Positions 48,301 through 59,900 of a DNA stretch of 64,000 bases are shown in pieces. Under the pieces are notes generated by a model that saw only the letters and a program-made list of their open reading frames with translations, was not told where the DNA came from and made no database searches. Both the position numbers and the translations under genes were made by a program. The stretch spans positions 248,001 through 312,000 of IMG/VR virus record IMGVR_UViG_3300028920_000022; one strand, 5' to 3'. Each line of letters begins with the position of its first letter. The stretch's first letter is position 1.

Positions 48301-50557
48301 TAAAAATGTCTGGGACCAAATTAATACTGTCAAAAACCTATTGGGATTAGAGGTATTTGCAGATTCCCAGGGGCACATAAGGGCACGACCACCTGGGTTC
48401 AACAAGGTACCAAGTTCTGTATTTTACAAGATGGTAAGGGAGAAGGAGAAGACTGGAAAGCGTATTTTCCCTAAGATTTTGGAAGATTTGTTTTTGAACC
48501 AGATAGAAGGATTAACTGATCAGATTGAGATTATTGAAGACGAGATTCGTTTAAGGACAGCCAAGTTAGGTTATACTTCGGATACGAAAGCTGAGACATT
48601 TTTAGCTGGTTCAAACTGGTTACGTTCTGGACCACAGGGTTCATTTAGGTTCAAATTTGTAAGTGGTGAAAGTAACGGTAGAATTGGTGGTTATACGCAT
48701 CGTTCTGGGAAAATGTATGTTTCTCAATATCGGAGTATTGTCCAACAATCCCTACCAGATTTGCAACAGTCCATTAACAACGGAGCATTAGAACCATTTG
48801 ATCAGATCGCAGATTCTATTAATGAACAATTAAGACAAAATGCATTATTTGATGCAGATACCCAAATTAAGGCTTTAAATAACCCTGAGCTGTTTTTGAA
48901 TATCGGGCGAAATGAGCAAGCCAATACATCCAAATTACAAGAAATTAGAGAAAGATTAGAACTTAAAAAAGGCATGACTGTTTCTGAGCCCGAAGTTGGA
49001 TCTAAACAAGTAGATTTATTGCGAATTGTTAATGATATTGCTGGACTTATTTCTGAGCGCCAATCATTATTAAAGATATATTCTTCAGCTTTAAAGAATG
49101 TAAAACAAAGCATTAATATAAACGCTGATACTAACACATCTCGGGCATTATTATTTCCCAACGTTTATAATAAAACAACTATTCCATCTCTTATTGAACA
49201 TATGATTGAAAATGAAGAGATTGATGATATAGGTGAGAATTCTGGTAAAAGATATGTTATTAGGGACAGTCAAATAATAAGTTTAAAGATTGAAGAAAAA
49301 CCTCCAGATTTTACTGTAGTAGAAGCTACCGGGTTATACGGAGAAGGCTGGGTGGCACCTCCAAACAGTTTATCCATTGGCAGCCAAGGAAATGCTGTTA
49401 CTACCGCTTATGCAACCGATTATGACATGTGGAAGATGTATGGGTTCAAGCCTATGCAGTCCAAAATGTTTCCTTTTCTGAGTGATCCTGATGCTCAATT
49501 GGCGCCAATGGCAGTCTGGTTATTGAATAATGAGAGAAGGAAGATTTTCCAAGGTAATTTAACCATTGCTGGAAACGAATATATGCAACCTGGGGAGGTT
49601 ATTTATATTGAAGATAGGGACATGTTATTTTACGTAGAAACAGTAACTCACTCTATCTCTTATGGTGGAACTTTTACCACCAATCTTAAGCTTTCTTATG
49701 GACACAACCCGGGCGAATATATCCCAACAATGTTAGACATTGTGGGTAAGGCGTTATATTCCAAGAAGCATCAAGCTAATTTAGTTCGTCATTCACGGCA
49801 TGGTAATTCAGATGGAAGCACAGCATTGAACGTATTAATAGGAAATGATACCGGCAAGCCTTTTAATACAGATATAGAAAACTTAGTTAGTGGTGTTTAT
49901 GGGGAAGATAATAGAAAGAGTTTAACTAATTTATTATTCCAAGTAGATAAAGTAATTACTCCCGGATTAAACGAAAAATTAATATTAGAATTTAGGGTTT
50001 ACTATAATAGCCAAAGGGGAGTTCCGGCTGTAAACTCAAATTTGCAAGCCATTGCTGGTGCAGCTATAGCGTGGTTAAAGAACCCTCAGCGTTTTAGTGG
50101 TTATAGCAATAGTGTGATGGCAGACAATACACCAGTGGGGGTTGGGTTAGCTGATAACAGCAATGTAGAATTGAGGGTGGAATTGGTAGATTTAGGAGCA
50201 GCAGATTCTACTGGAGAATCTGAGAGAGAGATTCCGGTCAGATCCCCTTCTTCACATGCTTGGCATATGGCTCGGGCATTAAATGAGAGGTTGTCTATAC
50301 CTGTATCTGATCAGAGTGCTGGCACAAATTTAACAGGAGAAGCGAGAGTTTTATTACATAACATAATTGATATTTGGGCAAGATTTGAAAAGGTTGAGGA
50401 GAGTATTGAGCTTAGGGATTTGGTGGGCAAAGATCAAGCAGCATATGAAGTTCAGCAGGAAGTTGAACAAACCTTCTATGTAGAGGGGGCGCGTAGTATT
50501 GGGACCGAGGAAGAAAGGGCTGATATTGCTTCGCTAACAAATACGGTGGGTAGCTAA
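45347..50557 (+). CDS. Baseplate hub protein (gp27-like, with large insertions)
   Basis: 1736 aa; GNLTIAGNEYMQPGEVIYI...FYVETVTHSISYGGTFTTNLKLSYG hub signature. Confidence 0.65.
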   Translation: MGNFLSTLGSMIDQQFAPGENTTRTLDTTAPGGSKNGVSDPDKVSAFGQLGEFAKRIDLTAQRSYVESGYIRNVRPRTMEIMHQQPDVTVVVKKRMFSSLIDNYKFELMDGSEKLFLRASKRLFKNKCQAIATYEKLSKIEKAVRNKGVIDEYMLPIISNLVDLLDASVSGIVSEKTKLTIETLQKLYAFSEPSQLTTWITERGTSFEPETGEGTGVFEITLASQVTTNTSVIFSQGNSSLNFEDPYRLMVITEDDIDKAIADAANITQQGFFDFTRRELERLNGELHGLLSTARMRRGASQIKFLTNDDTLLYKRLRAIVEEEGKEIFFNYQPPSPSLSLFKATEALTDFATDPRQIIGLTDPREVTRALSDSMEGLQSNADIDQNSISEHNQLQGQEIELFKQIVDNTFKLMNLRRTQDREIQEYMRTPELEYAREKMRLHFANKPMIQPMDSVHVYASSKTRMDDQVLGVSKKLLTGNWVMSSINSTIDGIGSAWDDIRSLFGATTSGVEIEKNSIVGPDFPTWLWTILRNDFTRQAAGVHIFGGIVSQSDSQYTASDGKHTVSVSVQDNTYYFKMGQINLKPSVEVYNTPLYDPLTPYKLEFDGSSGFLTGEIPDLLDENIALLQNGCVRSKNGKYRNVTLTPTIYASADGEIVRGYNNSYTFRRIFYDPDGFVYRWKSGIGALTLFGDPHPSSSLEQERSIALTKNPFAGQDAMNVLSLLITAQPYNFNTFVNGALKSGNLTRDDLRNEPGSVSYYRGLLSDLTKANLAWGNFIPFKQLVVSEKSYNILVSAQFDVTEAHAKLNKLIEERAREFDTLAQTGEGSQFAGNPQVFNVDSNGRLINLSGFSKDTAVLTSRPTQKAAQTIAQKDLEILRLKEELYDKIANPNVGDGSIKIFGDDISFEPEAMSEGEPLTEESRLRQRKELRDKLNTLTLRRLWKVKANEDPNLFIVDDQYDKNYDIQAFEKTLAKGMELLKSDYKNVWDQINTVKNLLGLEVFADSQGHIRARPPGFNKVPSSVFYKMVREKEKTGKRIFPKILEDLFLNQIEGLTDQIEIIEDEIRLRTAKLGYTSDTKAETFLAGSNWLRSGPQGSFRFKFVSGESNGRIGGYTHRSGKMYVSQYRSIVQQSLPDLQQSINNGALEPFDQIADSINEQLRQNALFDADTQIKALNNPELFLNIGRNEQANTSKLQEIRERLELKKGMTVSEPEVGSKQVDLLRIVNDIAGLISERQSLLKIYSSALKNVKQSININADTNTSRALLFPNVYNKTTIPSLIEHMIENEEIDDIGENSGKRYVIRDSQIISLKIEEKPPDFTVVEATGLYGEGWVAPPNSLSIGSQGNAVTTAYATDYDMWKMYGFKPMQSKMFPFLSDPDAQLAPMAVWLLNNERRKIFQGNLTIAGNEYMQPGEVIYIEDRDMLFYVETVTHSISYGGTFTTNLKLSYGHNPGEYIPTMLDIVGKALYSKKHQANLVRHSRHGNSDGSTALNVLIGNDTGKPFNTDIENLVSGVYGEDNRKSLTNLLFQVDKVITPGLNEKLILEFRVYYNSQRGVPAVNSNLQAIAGAAIAWLKNPQRFSGYSNSVMADNTPVGVGLADNSNVELRVELVDLGAADSTGESEREIPVRSPSSHAWHMARALNERLSIPVSDQSAGTNLTGEARVLLHNIIDIWARFEKVEESIELRDLVGKDQAAYEVQQEVEQTFYVEGARSIGTEEERADIASLTNTVGS

Positions 50558-52704
50558 TGGAACATTATTTACCCAGGAGAGCCCACATATTAGGACCAGA
50601 TCATGCGCGCCCCGGGCATGTTTTGGTTGCTTTAGATCGACAAACGGCAACAGGACAGGAAACTGTATATTCAGCCTCCATACCTTTGGCATATTCTGGA
50701 CCCAATGGGGAAATTATTAGCGGCTACCCTGCACGTAATACGCCAGTCATGTTACAGCGAGCCCCAGGAGAGTGGGTAATTGAAAGTATTATTAAATCCG
50801 ACAATACCTATACCAACACCAATGATTTCGGTTTTGACAGTATAGAGGGTAATTTAATGGGTGAATTGCGCCCAGGGCGTTTATTGCTTCAAACTGCCGG
50901 CGCCGCGAACCGCATGTATTTGCATCCCACTCAGGGTATTAATATAGGAAGTCAAACCAGCGCTTTACATGTTGATACCAAAAGGGATACGATTACGCAT
51001 GATTTTTCCCGAGAAATGGCATTTACGGAAGCTAACCGAAAAGTCACCGGCAGGATTAAGCGTGATGTAGAAGCGAATTCTTTGAGAGGAATTTCATATT
51101 CTATGCTTAACAGCAGTGAATATGACGATTCCCTTCGCGATATTCCCATGAACCCTTCACGGTGGGCTAGTTTTACCCACACCGAAACTGACATTCGCAA
51201 CTTACCTTTGGTTGAAAATCGCGAAATTGTTTATGAGTTTTCAAGCGTCAGTAATGTGGTTGATTTTAGAACAGATCAAGAGGAAGCCGATCTATACGAA
51301 ACAAAAGACAACATAAAGCCACCGAATGAGTTATTGAAGACAGATAGCCGGGCTTATGCGTTTGGTTTGAGTTTATTTGCACCCAACCATTTAATTGAAA
51401 CAATTGCGGGAACAGGAGTTGATGCTTTAGGGAACATCATTGATTTGAATCGTTCTGTATTACCTATCGGGCAAACCGAAGAATTATCTTTTGCTCAAAA
51501 CAATGATAACAAGGAGGTTTTTCGTAAAACCAGAGCATTACACCGTAAAGCATTAGCCTATCATTTTGAATTAAACGCCAGGAAAGCTGCCAGCGCAGAT
51601 GATGAGATATTTGAGGTTCCAAGTATAGATTCCAGAGCAGATCATGCGCGGGCACGAAGCAGGTTTTTTGTTGATATAGACAAAGAGGGGCAATTCAAAA
51701 TTAATGTCCCAGCTTCCAGCGAAACTGGAAATATTCCATTATTAACCAGATACGAAACCGCTTCCTCCATGTTGGCAGCGAAAGGTGACATAGACAATCC
51801 AAACAAGTTTGTTATTGAAGATACCAACAATGTTGACATTTATTTAGACAGCCATGCAACATATCAGCCTATTGCTTTAAGAAACGTTTCTACTGGAGAG
51901 TCAGTTGGACCCCAAGATCGCATTAGTGAAAGTTTAATCCAATATGGCACGGCTTATCATGATGTTTCTAAGAGTGGGTATCAATTTACTCAAAAAAGGT
52001 TGGAGGATGATGAGGTTGGTCTTTTAGTTAGGTACATGGAAAAAACCGGTGCTACTCCTAGTACTGCCGAATTTGATCTTAACAAGAGACAAAGCGCTAT
52101 TCAATACGAAAAGATAGTAGAGCCATTTATTTTTACCGAAGGAGAGTCTATTTCTGAATCTGAGGCACAACCAGGCATTTCTCCTGATTCTCAACCTTTA
52201 GATGGGCAGCAGCATCCCAACGCTGGTGGCAGAAGTGGAATGATTAATTTGGATGGTTTTGTATCATTAAACGTTGGGGCTAATACGATTGATCGACAAT
52301 CGATGTGGTGCGATTTTGCTGGAGGAATTGTAAGTAATATTGGCAGAGACAGGCGTGGTGTTAGCTATTGTGCAAGTTTAGATGGTGACATGTTGATTCA
52401 GATTGGCGGAACCGGAATTGCAGATGATAGCAGATTTATTAACGAGACCAATACTTTTCGGGCTGGAGCTTTAGATATTCGGGTATTGAACGGTGGAGGA
52501 ATGACGATAGTACGAATAGACAATGAAGGAACCACTGTGTCTAGCATGGGTACGTTACGGCTAGCTGCCCAGCAAGATTTAGAAATACGTTCTAATACAA
52601 AAATACTTTTTGAAGCGCCATACATTGCATTTTTCCCTGACGGGGCAGACAGCACCAAGAAGGGTGTAATACGGCAAGTTAAGAGAAGCGGAACAGATAT
52701 TTGA
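50557..52704 (+). CDS. Baseplate central spike (gp5/gpV-like, putative)
   Basis: Follows the hub; OB-like N-terminus (IPLAYSGPNGEIISGYP), C-terminal beta-strand repeats. Confidence 0.5.
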   Translation: MEHYLPRRAHILGPDHARPGHVLVALDRQTATGQETVYSASIPLAYSGPNGEIISGYPARNTPVMLQRAPGEWVIESIIKSDNTYTNTNDFGFDSIEGNLMGELRPGRLLLQTAGAANRMYLHPTQGINIGSQTSALHVDTKRDTITHDFSREMAFTEANRKVTGRIKRDVEANSLRGISYSMLNSSEYDDSLRDIPMNPSRWASFTHTETDIRNLPLVENREIVYEFSSVSNVVDFRTDQEEADLYETKDNIKPPNELLKTDSRAYAFGLSLFAPNHLIETIAGTGVDALGNIIDLNRSVLPIGQTEELSFAQNNDNKEVFRKTRALHRKALAYHFELNARKAASADDEIFEVPSIDSRADHARARSRFFVDIDKEGQFKINVPASSETGNIPLLTRYETASSMLAAKGDIDNPNKFVIEDTNNVDIYLDSHATYQPIALRNVSTGESVGPQDRISESLIQYGTAYHDVSKSGYQFTQKRLEDDEVGLLVRYMEKTGATPSTAEFDLNKRQSAIQYEKIVEPFIFTEGESISESEAQPGISPDSQPLDGQQHPNAGGRSGMINLDGFVSLNVGANTIDRQSMWCDFAGGIVSNIGRDRRGVSYCASLDGDMLIQIGGTGIADDSRFINETNTFRAGALDIRVLNGGGMTIVRIDNEGTTVSSMGTLRLAAQQDLEIRSNTKILFEAPYIAFFPDGADSTKKGVIRQVKRSGTDI

Positions 52705-52716
52705 TGGAGAAAGTTT

Positions 52717-54795
52717 ATGCCCTGTAATCCACATGATAACACATTAAATCCTATAGTGAGTCCAGGAATTGCTATTCCGGGATTACCAGGGCTACCCACA
52801 TCTCCTGTACAACTACCAGATTTTGAGTTTCCAGAAGGGTTTCCGGAGGATCTTTTAGATCTTATCAATCGGCTGCAAGCGCTGTTTCCCAGCGGTATTT
52901 TTAAACCTAATCTGGATGACGCCATACATACTGTACTGACAGCCTTAGCCAGCTTATTTAACCAAATAGCCCCCTATCTTTCTTTCTATCATTTCATCAT
53001 GGCGCTGTTAAATATGGTGTTATGTATTATTGAAGTATTATGTTCATTTTATAATGTAAGGAAAACATTACGGGCATTAAAGAGATTATTTAAAGTATGT
53101 TTGCCAAACTTTTTAGCTATGTTCCCCTGGGCAGCGCTATTAGCAATGATATTAGCTTTGTTGCTGCTAATCTTGGCTTTAATTCAATATATAATTGAAA
53201 AGCTTCTTGCTTTGATAGAGGATTTATTGCGTAACATTAGGGCGCTGGGGTCCGCTATTACGTTAAATGACGATGACGCCCAAGAGGCTATTGCTATCAA
53301 GATTGCCTCACTATTGTGTTTAATCGAGGGGTTATTTTCCGTTTTTGCAGCATTGGCGGCTATTTTTGCTATAATTAACTCTTTAGCGGCAATGGCAGGG
53401 TTTGATGTTTGTGGCGATGACAACAGTATTTTGGGCAATATTACTTGTTGTGATGATGAAGTTTGCCCACCATTTGTAGACGATCATCCTGATGCGGTCA
53501 TTTCCGACACAAATGGTATGTTAATATATTACAATCACATTTCGCCAGGATTTGATGCTACTGATAATTTTAGTAGAGCAGAGTCATGGCAATTTGTAAA
53601 CAATAATAATTCTAGTTACCCACTTAAGGACATTATTACAAGTTATGGGGCGGACGATTTTTGGCCAGAAGGCAAGACATATAATGGACAATCATCATTA
53701 ACCAAGGTTCCATATACTGTTGATTTTACCATTCCCAACTTTGACCCCTCTTTCTTCCACCCTTCGGATCATGGCGGAGCAAGAAACTTTATTGTACAGA
53801 ATGCAGTAGTTTCGATTCGTCCATATATTGGAACCTATGATGAGTTAAATGATATTGAGTATGGAAATTCGGATGGAACTTTTAAACTTCTTGGCGGCAT
53901 AGTTTATGATGGTGAGGTCGGAAATACATATTATGTCAATAACAAAGCTGCCACATTAGAAACATTCATACACAAAGCTGGCACTTATGATGGAGAAGCC
54001 CCCGATCATGATGATGGATATTATTTCCAAGGATTACATTTCGATTGGAAATTTAGTCACGAAGTGTTAGCAGACAACCGACTAATTACTATAGGTTGCA
54101 TTCCAGATTTGAAATACGAGAGAGCAGCTTTAGCTGCCAGGTATGCTGATAAACGTCCGGTTCTTGAACAAGTGCCAGCATTAGCGGACGGAAACATCAT
54201 TCCGGATTATTCTAAATTGCAGGCGTGTGCTGATGCAGCCATGGCTACTTTGAGACAAGATGTTTCTGAGGATAATATAGAAGCCTATAGAACCGCTGTG
54301 TTGGCGTGTTTGGATGATGCGCAAACGCAAACCGAACAGTCATATAAAAACATTTTAACTGTAGCGGTAAATGTTTTTGAAAGCACCGTTGCGATAGATC
54401 CCGAAGTACAATTTGTAACTCGCCCTATTACGGTAACAGTTGTACTTAAGGACGTAAATGGTGGTTCAGTAGCAGCAAATGTTCCTGCTAGTGTACAAAG
54501 TGACATTGCCGACTTGATAGAGGGAAGTGTTACTTTCGGAGAAATAAGCGATTTTACATATGATGGCTATGTGAATTTTACTGCAGAAATTACTAGCGAA
54601 GTAGGTGGGGACGGCGTATTGACTGTATCCTTCAATAACAATGAATTTCAGAACGTATTAAATTTGAACAATGATAATCCAACTTCGTTTGAAACGAATT
54701 CATTGAGCTATACGTTTGTTGGAATTGGAACGGTGGGTCAGGAAGATCAGAAGGAGCGTCGTGATGCGACTGATATTGCGAGGAACGAGTCATGA
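52717..54795 (+). CDS. Baseplate-region protein with long hydrophobic helices and a C-terminal Ig-like domain
   Basis: PWAALLAMILALLLLILALIQYII and two further hydrophobic helices; 2 DGY. Confidence 0.55.
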   Translation: MPCNPHDNTLNPIVSPGIAIPGLPGLPTSPVQLPDFEFPEGFPEDLLDLINRLQALFPSGIFKPNLDDAIHTVLTALASLFNQIAPYLSFYHFIMALLNMVLCIIEVLCSFYNVRKTLRALKRLFKVCLPNFLAMFPWAALLAMILALLLLILALIQYIIEKLLALIEDLLRNIRALGSAITLNDDDAQEAIAIKIASLLCLIEGLFSVFAALAAIFAIINSLAAMAGFDVCGDDNSILGNITCCDDEVCPPFVDDHPDAVISDTNGMLIYYNHISPGFDATDNFSRAESWQFVNNNNSSYPLKDIITSYGADDFWPEGKTYNGQSSLTKVPYTVDFTIPNFDPSFFHPSDHGGARNFIVQNAVVSIRPYIGTYDELNDIEYGNSDGTFKLLGGIVYDGEVGNTYYVNNKAATLETFIHKAGTYDGEAPDHDDGYYFQGLHFDWKFSHEVLADNRLITIGCIPDLKYERAALAARYADKRPVLEQVPALADGNIIPDYSKLQACADAAMATLRQDVSEDNIEAYRTAVLACLDDAQTQTEQSYKNILTVAVNVFESTVAIDPEVQFVTRPITVTVVLKDVNGGSVAANVPASVQSDIADLIEGSVTFGEISDFTYDGYVNFTAEITSEVGGDGVLTVSFNNNEFQNVLNLNNDNPTSFETNSLSYTFVGIGTVGQEDQKERRDATDIARNES

Positions 54796-56480
54796 CAATT
54801 GTGGTAAGTGAATATAATCCGGAAACTACTGACGACATATATGCGGTTAATACGGATATCAATGAGCTTTATATTAAAATAATAAAGAAAATTGATATGG
54901 TTAGGAGTTCAACCAATATTGCGGCAGGGTTAGGAATTACTGCTAACCAAATAAGAACGGGACAAAATGATGTAGAAACTTCTGTAAAGCGATTTGATAC
55001 GGATCAGCGGGCAAACCCAATTCGTTTTATGGAGAGCCGAGCCCATGCTTTTTTTAGGGTTATGGGTTTTCCAACAGCCGCCAATGATGGCTCCTTTTAT
55101 TCTTCTGGACATAATCCCAGAAGCTCTAGAAGTCTGGTTCTAAATAGTGTTGATGAAAAGCTACTCGCCAATGATGCGTTAATAAGGCTTTTATTAAAGC
55201 GAGAGACAGATCCAAACGATCGCCGCAAGATTTTTGCAAATCAAGATATTAATGCAACAGCTTATGCGCTCGCAATGGTATATCCGATACCATTTGATTT
55301 GATAGATCCGGATAGCGACGATCCGTTTTTTGCGGACCCTCAAGCAATTGATCTTCAGTCAAGAGGCTTTGCGATGACAAAGTATGCTAGCAATGTGGCG
55401 AAGCAGTCCATTTCTTTGCCAGGATCTTTGGATATAGCGGCTTTTCCTAGCCATATTTTAAAACCATTTATTGTTAGTCCGGTAGAAAAAGCTTTACCAT
55501 CAGATAAACGTGTGGCAGCGCCGTTTATGCCATCAGATAACGATCTGGTAGTTGATGGTGCCAAGCCGCCCATTCTGAGACCAGCAATAGAGTATATTAT
55601 CAGGCGACGTTTACTGGCAGCCACAGCAGTAGATAATAATTTTATTGGCAATGTGCAGTTGTTATTACTGAACCCAGATACCACTCAAACTACAGAAGAG
55701 ATTAAGAATGCCGTATTAGCGCTTTCCGGGGCAGAGAATATTGGTTCCGTATCTCCCGAGTTTATTGATTTGATTAGGAATGTGACCAAAGATCAGGTTG
55801 ACACTATTAACAAGTTTGTCAGAGAGATCAAAGGATTAGTTGCGCGGCTAAACAGTGCTGTAAATGATATTAATAAGGTTACGCAGACAATAGTATGGCA
55901 ACCTATACCAAACCAAGAAGGACCGGAATTTGGTGGTGTTTCACGGTATGGTGGAGACGGATCTGCCACTTCTGTCATTACTCAACAAATAGCGATGTTA
56001 AAATTATTTCAGATGGCACAGCAATCAAATGATCTAGGTTCTGATGATTATGCCTTGGTTTGGTCTGTGGATACGGAAGAAAATTATGATGAACAAATAG
56101 CTAATTTGGAAAGACAACGTGAGGCTCTAGGGTCCAGAGCTATGGGTAAATTAAAGGAAATAGAGGTTATAACCGGAGAGGTGAGTGGACTGGGGCTAAT
56201 AGACGTTTTGGCTGTTCACACTGCATTATGGGCCATAGATATAGATACTTTACTAGGCTTTTTGGACGCTGATGCTTTTGATCGGCTTTATAATTTCAAC
56301 AAAGAGCTTAGAGCTTCTGAAGCAGTCAGCCGAAGAAAAACGAGCAGGAGCACACCTTCAATGATAGATACGCTTAAGGTTTTTGAGCGACAGGTTGTAA
56401 ATGTATTGTCATTTGCGCAGAATGAGCGTGAAAGGAATAAGAAGAATCCCCGCCAGCTTCCCAGCAGCGACATTAGGTAA
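54792..56480 (+). CDS. Hypothetical baseplate-region protein
   Basis: 562 aa, ATGA overlap, coiled-coil C-terminal half. Confidence 0.55.
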   Translation: MTIVVSEYNPETTDDIYAVNTDINELYIKIIKKIDMVRSSTNIAAGLGITANQIRTGQNDVETSVKRFDTDQRANPIRFMESRAHAFFRVMGFPTAANDGSFYSSGHNPRSSRSLVLNSVDEKLLANDALIRLLLKRETDPNDRRKIFANQDINATAYALAMVYPIPFDLIDPDSDDPFFADPQAIDLQSRGFAMTKYASNVAKQSISLPGSLDIAAFPSHILKPFIVSPVEKALPSDKRVAAPFMPSDNDLVVDGAKPPILRPAIEYIIRRRLLAATAVDNNFIGNVQLLLLNPDTTQTTEEIKNAVLALSGAENIGSVSPEFIDLIRNVTKDQVDTINKFVREIKGLVARLNSAVNDINKVTQTIVWQPIPNQEGPEFGGVSRYGGDGSATSVITQQIAMLKLFQMAQQSNDLGSDDYALVWSVDTEENYDEQIANLERQREALGSRAMGKLKEIEVITGEVSGLGLIDVLAVHTALWAIDIDTLLGFLDADAFDRLYNFNKELRASEAVSRRKTSRSTPSMIDTLKVFERQVVNVLSFAQNERERNKKNPRQLPSSDIR

Positions 56481-56483
56481 ATT

Positions 56484-56915
56484 ATGTCTTTTGATTTTAA
56501 ATTAATTGAGGGAGATTTAGTAATAGGCACTAATGGAGATCTTGATACTGTAGAAAATACAGACAAACTAATCCAAGATATTTTAAAAATGTTATTAACC
56601 CCAACCGGGGCAAATATCTTTTTCCCTTGGTATGGATCTTTGCTTTCTTCAGCGATAATTGGTTCTCCTATGGAAGATGAGTTTATCGAAACAGCAGCAA
56701 CCATACAAATCACCACCGCATTGCAAACTTTACAGACCCTACAAAGGGAGCAAATGGCTTCTTTTCAAAAGGTTACTCCCAGCGAACTGTTAGCCGCTAT
56801 CAAGGAAGTTGCGGTTGAGAGATCTCAGGTGGATCCAACCTATTATGCTATTTCTGTAAGAATACTAACTAAGGATTTGAAAACTGCTGTTGCAAGCTTT
56901 AATGTTACTTTATAA
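56484..56915 (+). CDS. Baseplate wedge subunit (gp25-like)
   Basis: DFKLIEGDLVI...LIQDILKMLLTPTG...PWYGS; 143 aa, directly before baseplate J. Confidence 0.8.
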   Translation: MSFDFKLIEGDLVIGTNGDLDTVENTDKLIQDILKMLLTPTGANIFFPWYGSLLSSAIIGSPMEDEFIETAATIQITTALQTLQTLQREQMASFQKVTPSELLAAIKEVAVERSQVDPTYYAISVRILTKDLKTAVASFNVTL

Positions 56916-56924
56916 AGGTTATAA

Positions 56925-59900
56925 ATGGCAACCATTAGAACACAAAATGAGATAGTTTTAAGCTTGTTGGAATTTTTCAACAATGCACAACCATCTCTGG
57001 ACACAAAGCCGGGGCAGGTATCCCGTGATGTTTTGGTAGATGGTTTGGCGGTTCAGCTATCTCGATTATATGAGGAATTACAGAGAAACGCAGCATTATC
57101 TTCGTTACGTTTAGCTTTGGGGTCCGATTTAGATCGATTAGCTTCAAACTATGGTGCTGTTAGGCAGCGTGGCACCAAATCTTCTGGTCCTGTTTTATTA
57201 ACGTTTGATGAAATTGTTGCAGATATTGGAATCAATGCTGGGGACATAGTAACTGCCAGAAACGGTGCTACTTTTGTGGTTCTTTCTAATACAGTAGTTA
57301 ATCCTGTGTTTCTTAATTCTTATAGAGCGACTGCTACCAGAAATAGGGCAGATTTAGACTTAGCCGGGATTACTGATGAATTTGCTGTACAGGTACAAGT
57401 AGAAGCTTCTGCTACTGGCGTTCAAGGGAACGTTTCCAAATATTCTATCGCATCTACCGAAATAGCCGGAGTTTCACACGTGGTTAACGTTTCTCCTTTT
57501 GGTGGAGGATCTGCACCAGAAGATGATGCCACATTTAGAAGTCGTGTTTTGGCAATATTTAGTGGGGCGAACACAGGAACGGCTCTTGGTTATCGCAATG
57601 CTGTTTTGTCCGATCCTGCGGTTTTGGATGCAATTGTAATACAGCCTGGCGATACACTTATGACCCGCGATGGCACCCAAGTAAGCACAGATAGTAATGG
57701 TGATTATATTATCATTTCCGAGGGAACCGGAGGCAAAGTTGATGTGTATGTGTATGGAACTAGGTTGCTGGAGGTTTTTGATAGTTTTGTATATAACGAT
57801 TTAAGCAACACAGATGATCCAACCAATACCGCTAATGATTTTGTGTTGGGGCAAATCGATGGCGATGAAACGAAAACCGTTACTCAGCGCCGATTAGACA
57901 ACTTGGAGACTGGTATTTTACCTGCCCAACCCGCTAACAACATTGTTTCTGTAACCGGATCTATTAGTGGTGGCAATTTTGCCGCAAAAACCGTGGATAG
58001 TTTGGGGCGAGTTTCTGGGAACTACGAATTAGTGGTGGATACTGGGGTATATGGCGGAAGCCCCTGGGGTTTTGATAAATTACATTGGGTTTCTGCTTAC
58101 ATTGCAGATTATCCAGAAGATATTACTAAAGGGTCTTTTAATGGACAGGACTCTTTATCTTTTCCTGATACTTTAGAAATTACCTCAATTACCCAAAATA
58201 TCAGCGTAGTTAATGAGAACAGCACAGTATCACGATCAGATCGCTCCAGTATTCAATTAAAACATTATCCAATTACCAACGTTACCAGGGTTTTTAACTC
58301 TACTACTGGCGAACGTTATGTTATTCAATCTCAGAATCCAGATGGCACCGGATCTATTAACACTAATGGTCGTATTGTAATAAGTGGCAGCAGTTTGCCG
58401 GCAGTAAGTGACACATTACAGGTTGATTATACTTGGATATTTGATTATGATCCTTGGTGGGATTATGATAATCATTTAACCATTCGTAACCCAAGAAGTG
58501 TTAATGATAGTATAGATTGGGGTTATTCGAACGCAGTAAGAAGGGAGCAGGCTACACTTACAGCTTCCGGTTCTTCGTTGGTAGCTACGGTTACGCATCC
58601 AATTTCTACGGTTATTAGTGTAAATGTTTTTGAGGAAGAAAACTCTACAGTAACACTTTCTTCGGGAAGTTTGGCAGTAGTTGTTAGTCAGACGGTTAGC
58701 AACGTAGTAAGTATAGTTAAAACAGCAAATGGTGCTGAAATTTGGAACACCAGCGATGACGACGGGTCTTTTAGCGGTTATACCATATTTTTACCAACAG
58801 ACACATCAGCGGCATATAGCAATGCGGTTACTGTGGTTTATAACGCAGTAGATGTCTATAATGTTGATGGATATGAGGGAAGTTTTAATAGTAACCAAAT
58901 CAACATTGTACCATCAACTACCGCTGTAGCGGGAGAATTGGTCGAAGTAAATTATTTAGCTAATATCAGCACTTTGTTACCCGCCACCACTCTTTCTTCA
59001 TTACCAGCCATTAGAAACGGTAATGGCTTTGATACCACCACTTCTACAGGCGTTGGGAATCAACCAACTTCTCATTTGTTTAGTTCAGGTAGTATTATCC
59101 AAAATTTGCGACAGGCACCTAGCCGTTTAACCTTGTCGGTTGCTGGCAACATTTCTGCCGGTATATTTACGATTACTGGCACGACAATGGTGGGTGTATT
59201 TGATGCTGTATATACTGTTGGGTTAGCTGGGCTGAAACTGGATTTGAGTGCAGCCATACGTTCTGCGTTAGGGCTGACTTCATCTGGATCTATTCCTAGT
59301 AATTTGAAACTTGCTAGAGTAACCAGCGTAGAAAAGGTGGAGGCGACGGTTAATCTTGATGTTTTGAGCGTTTTGGCTACATATGATACGCTTGGATGTG
59401 CATTGAAGGATAATAGTTTTGTTAAGGACGAGGCTATTCTTGATACCAGCTTGACAGTTACTGAATTTACGTTACCTAGTACAGCAGATAACATTACCAA
59501 CACGCCAGCTGTTGGAGACCGTTTGAGGGTAACTTTCTATTATGTTCTAACCTCAGATACTGAAAATGTTTCATTTAGTCGTAGCGGCACCCAGAGCACC
59601 GAGAAGATATTTGCGATTGTAGATACCTTGGCAATTTCCAGCGGGTTTACTTCCACCATATCTCAAAGCGCTACCTTAACTGTTACCAACAAGAACCAAC
59701 CTACTCAAGGATCTCGTTATAAAGCGTATTATAATTATACTGCACCAAAACCTAATGAAAGAATTACTATTAGGTATAACTATAATAAACTAATTGGCGA
59801 TTCTACATTAAATATAGAAAACACCAGACCAATTACTGCAGATGTATTAGCAAAGGCAGCATTCCAGGTGTTGGTTGATGTTACGATGAATATTGTAGTT

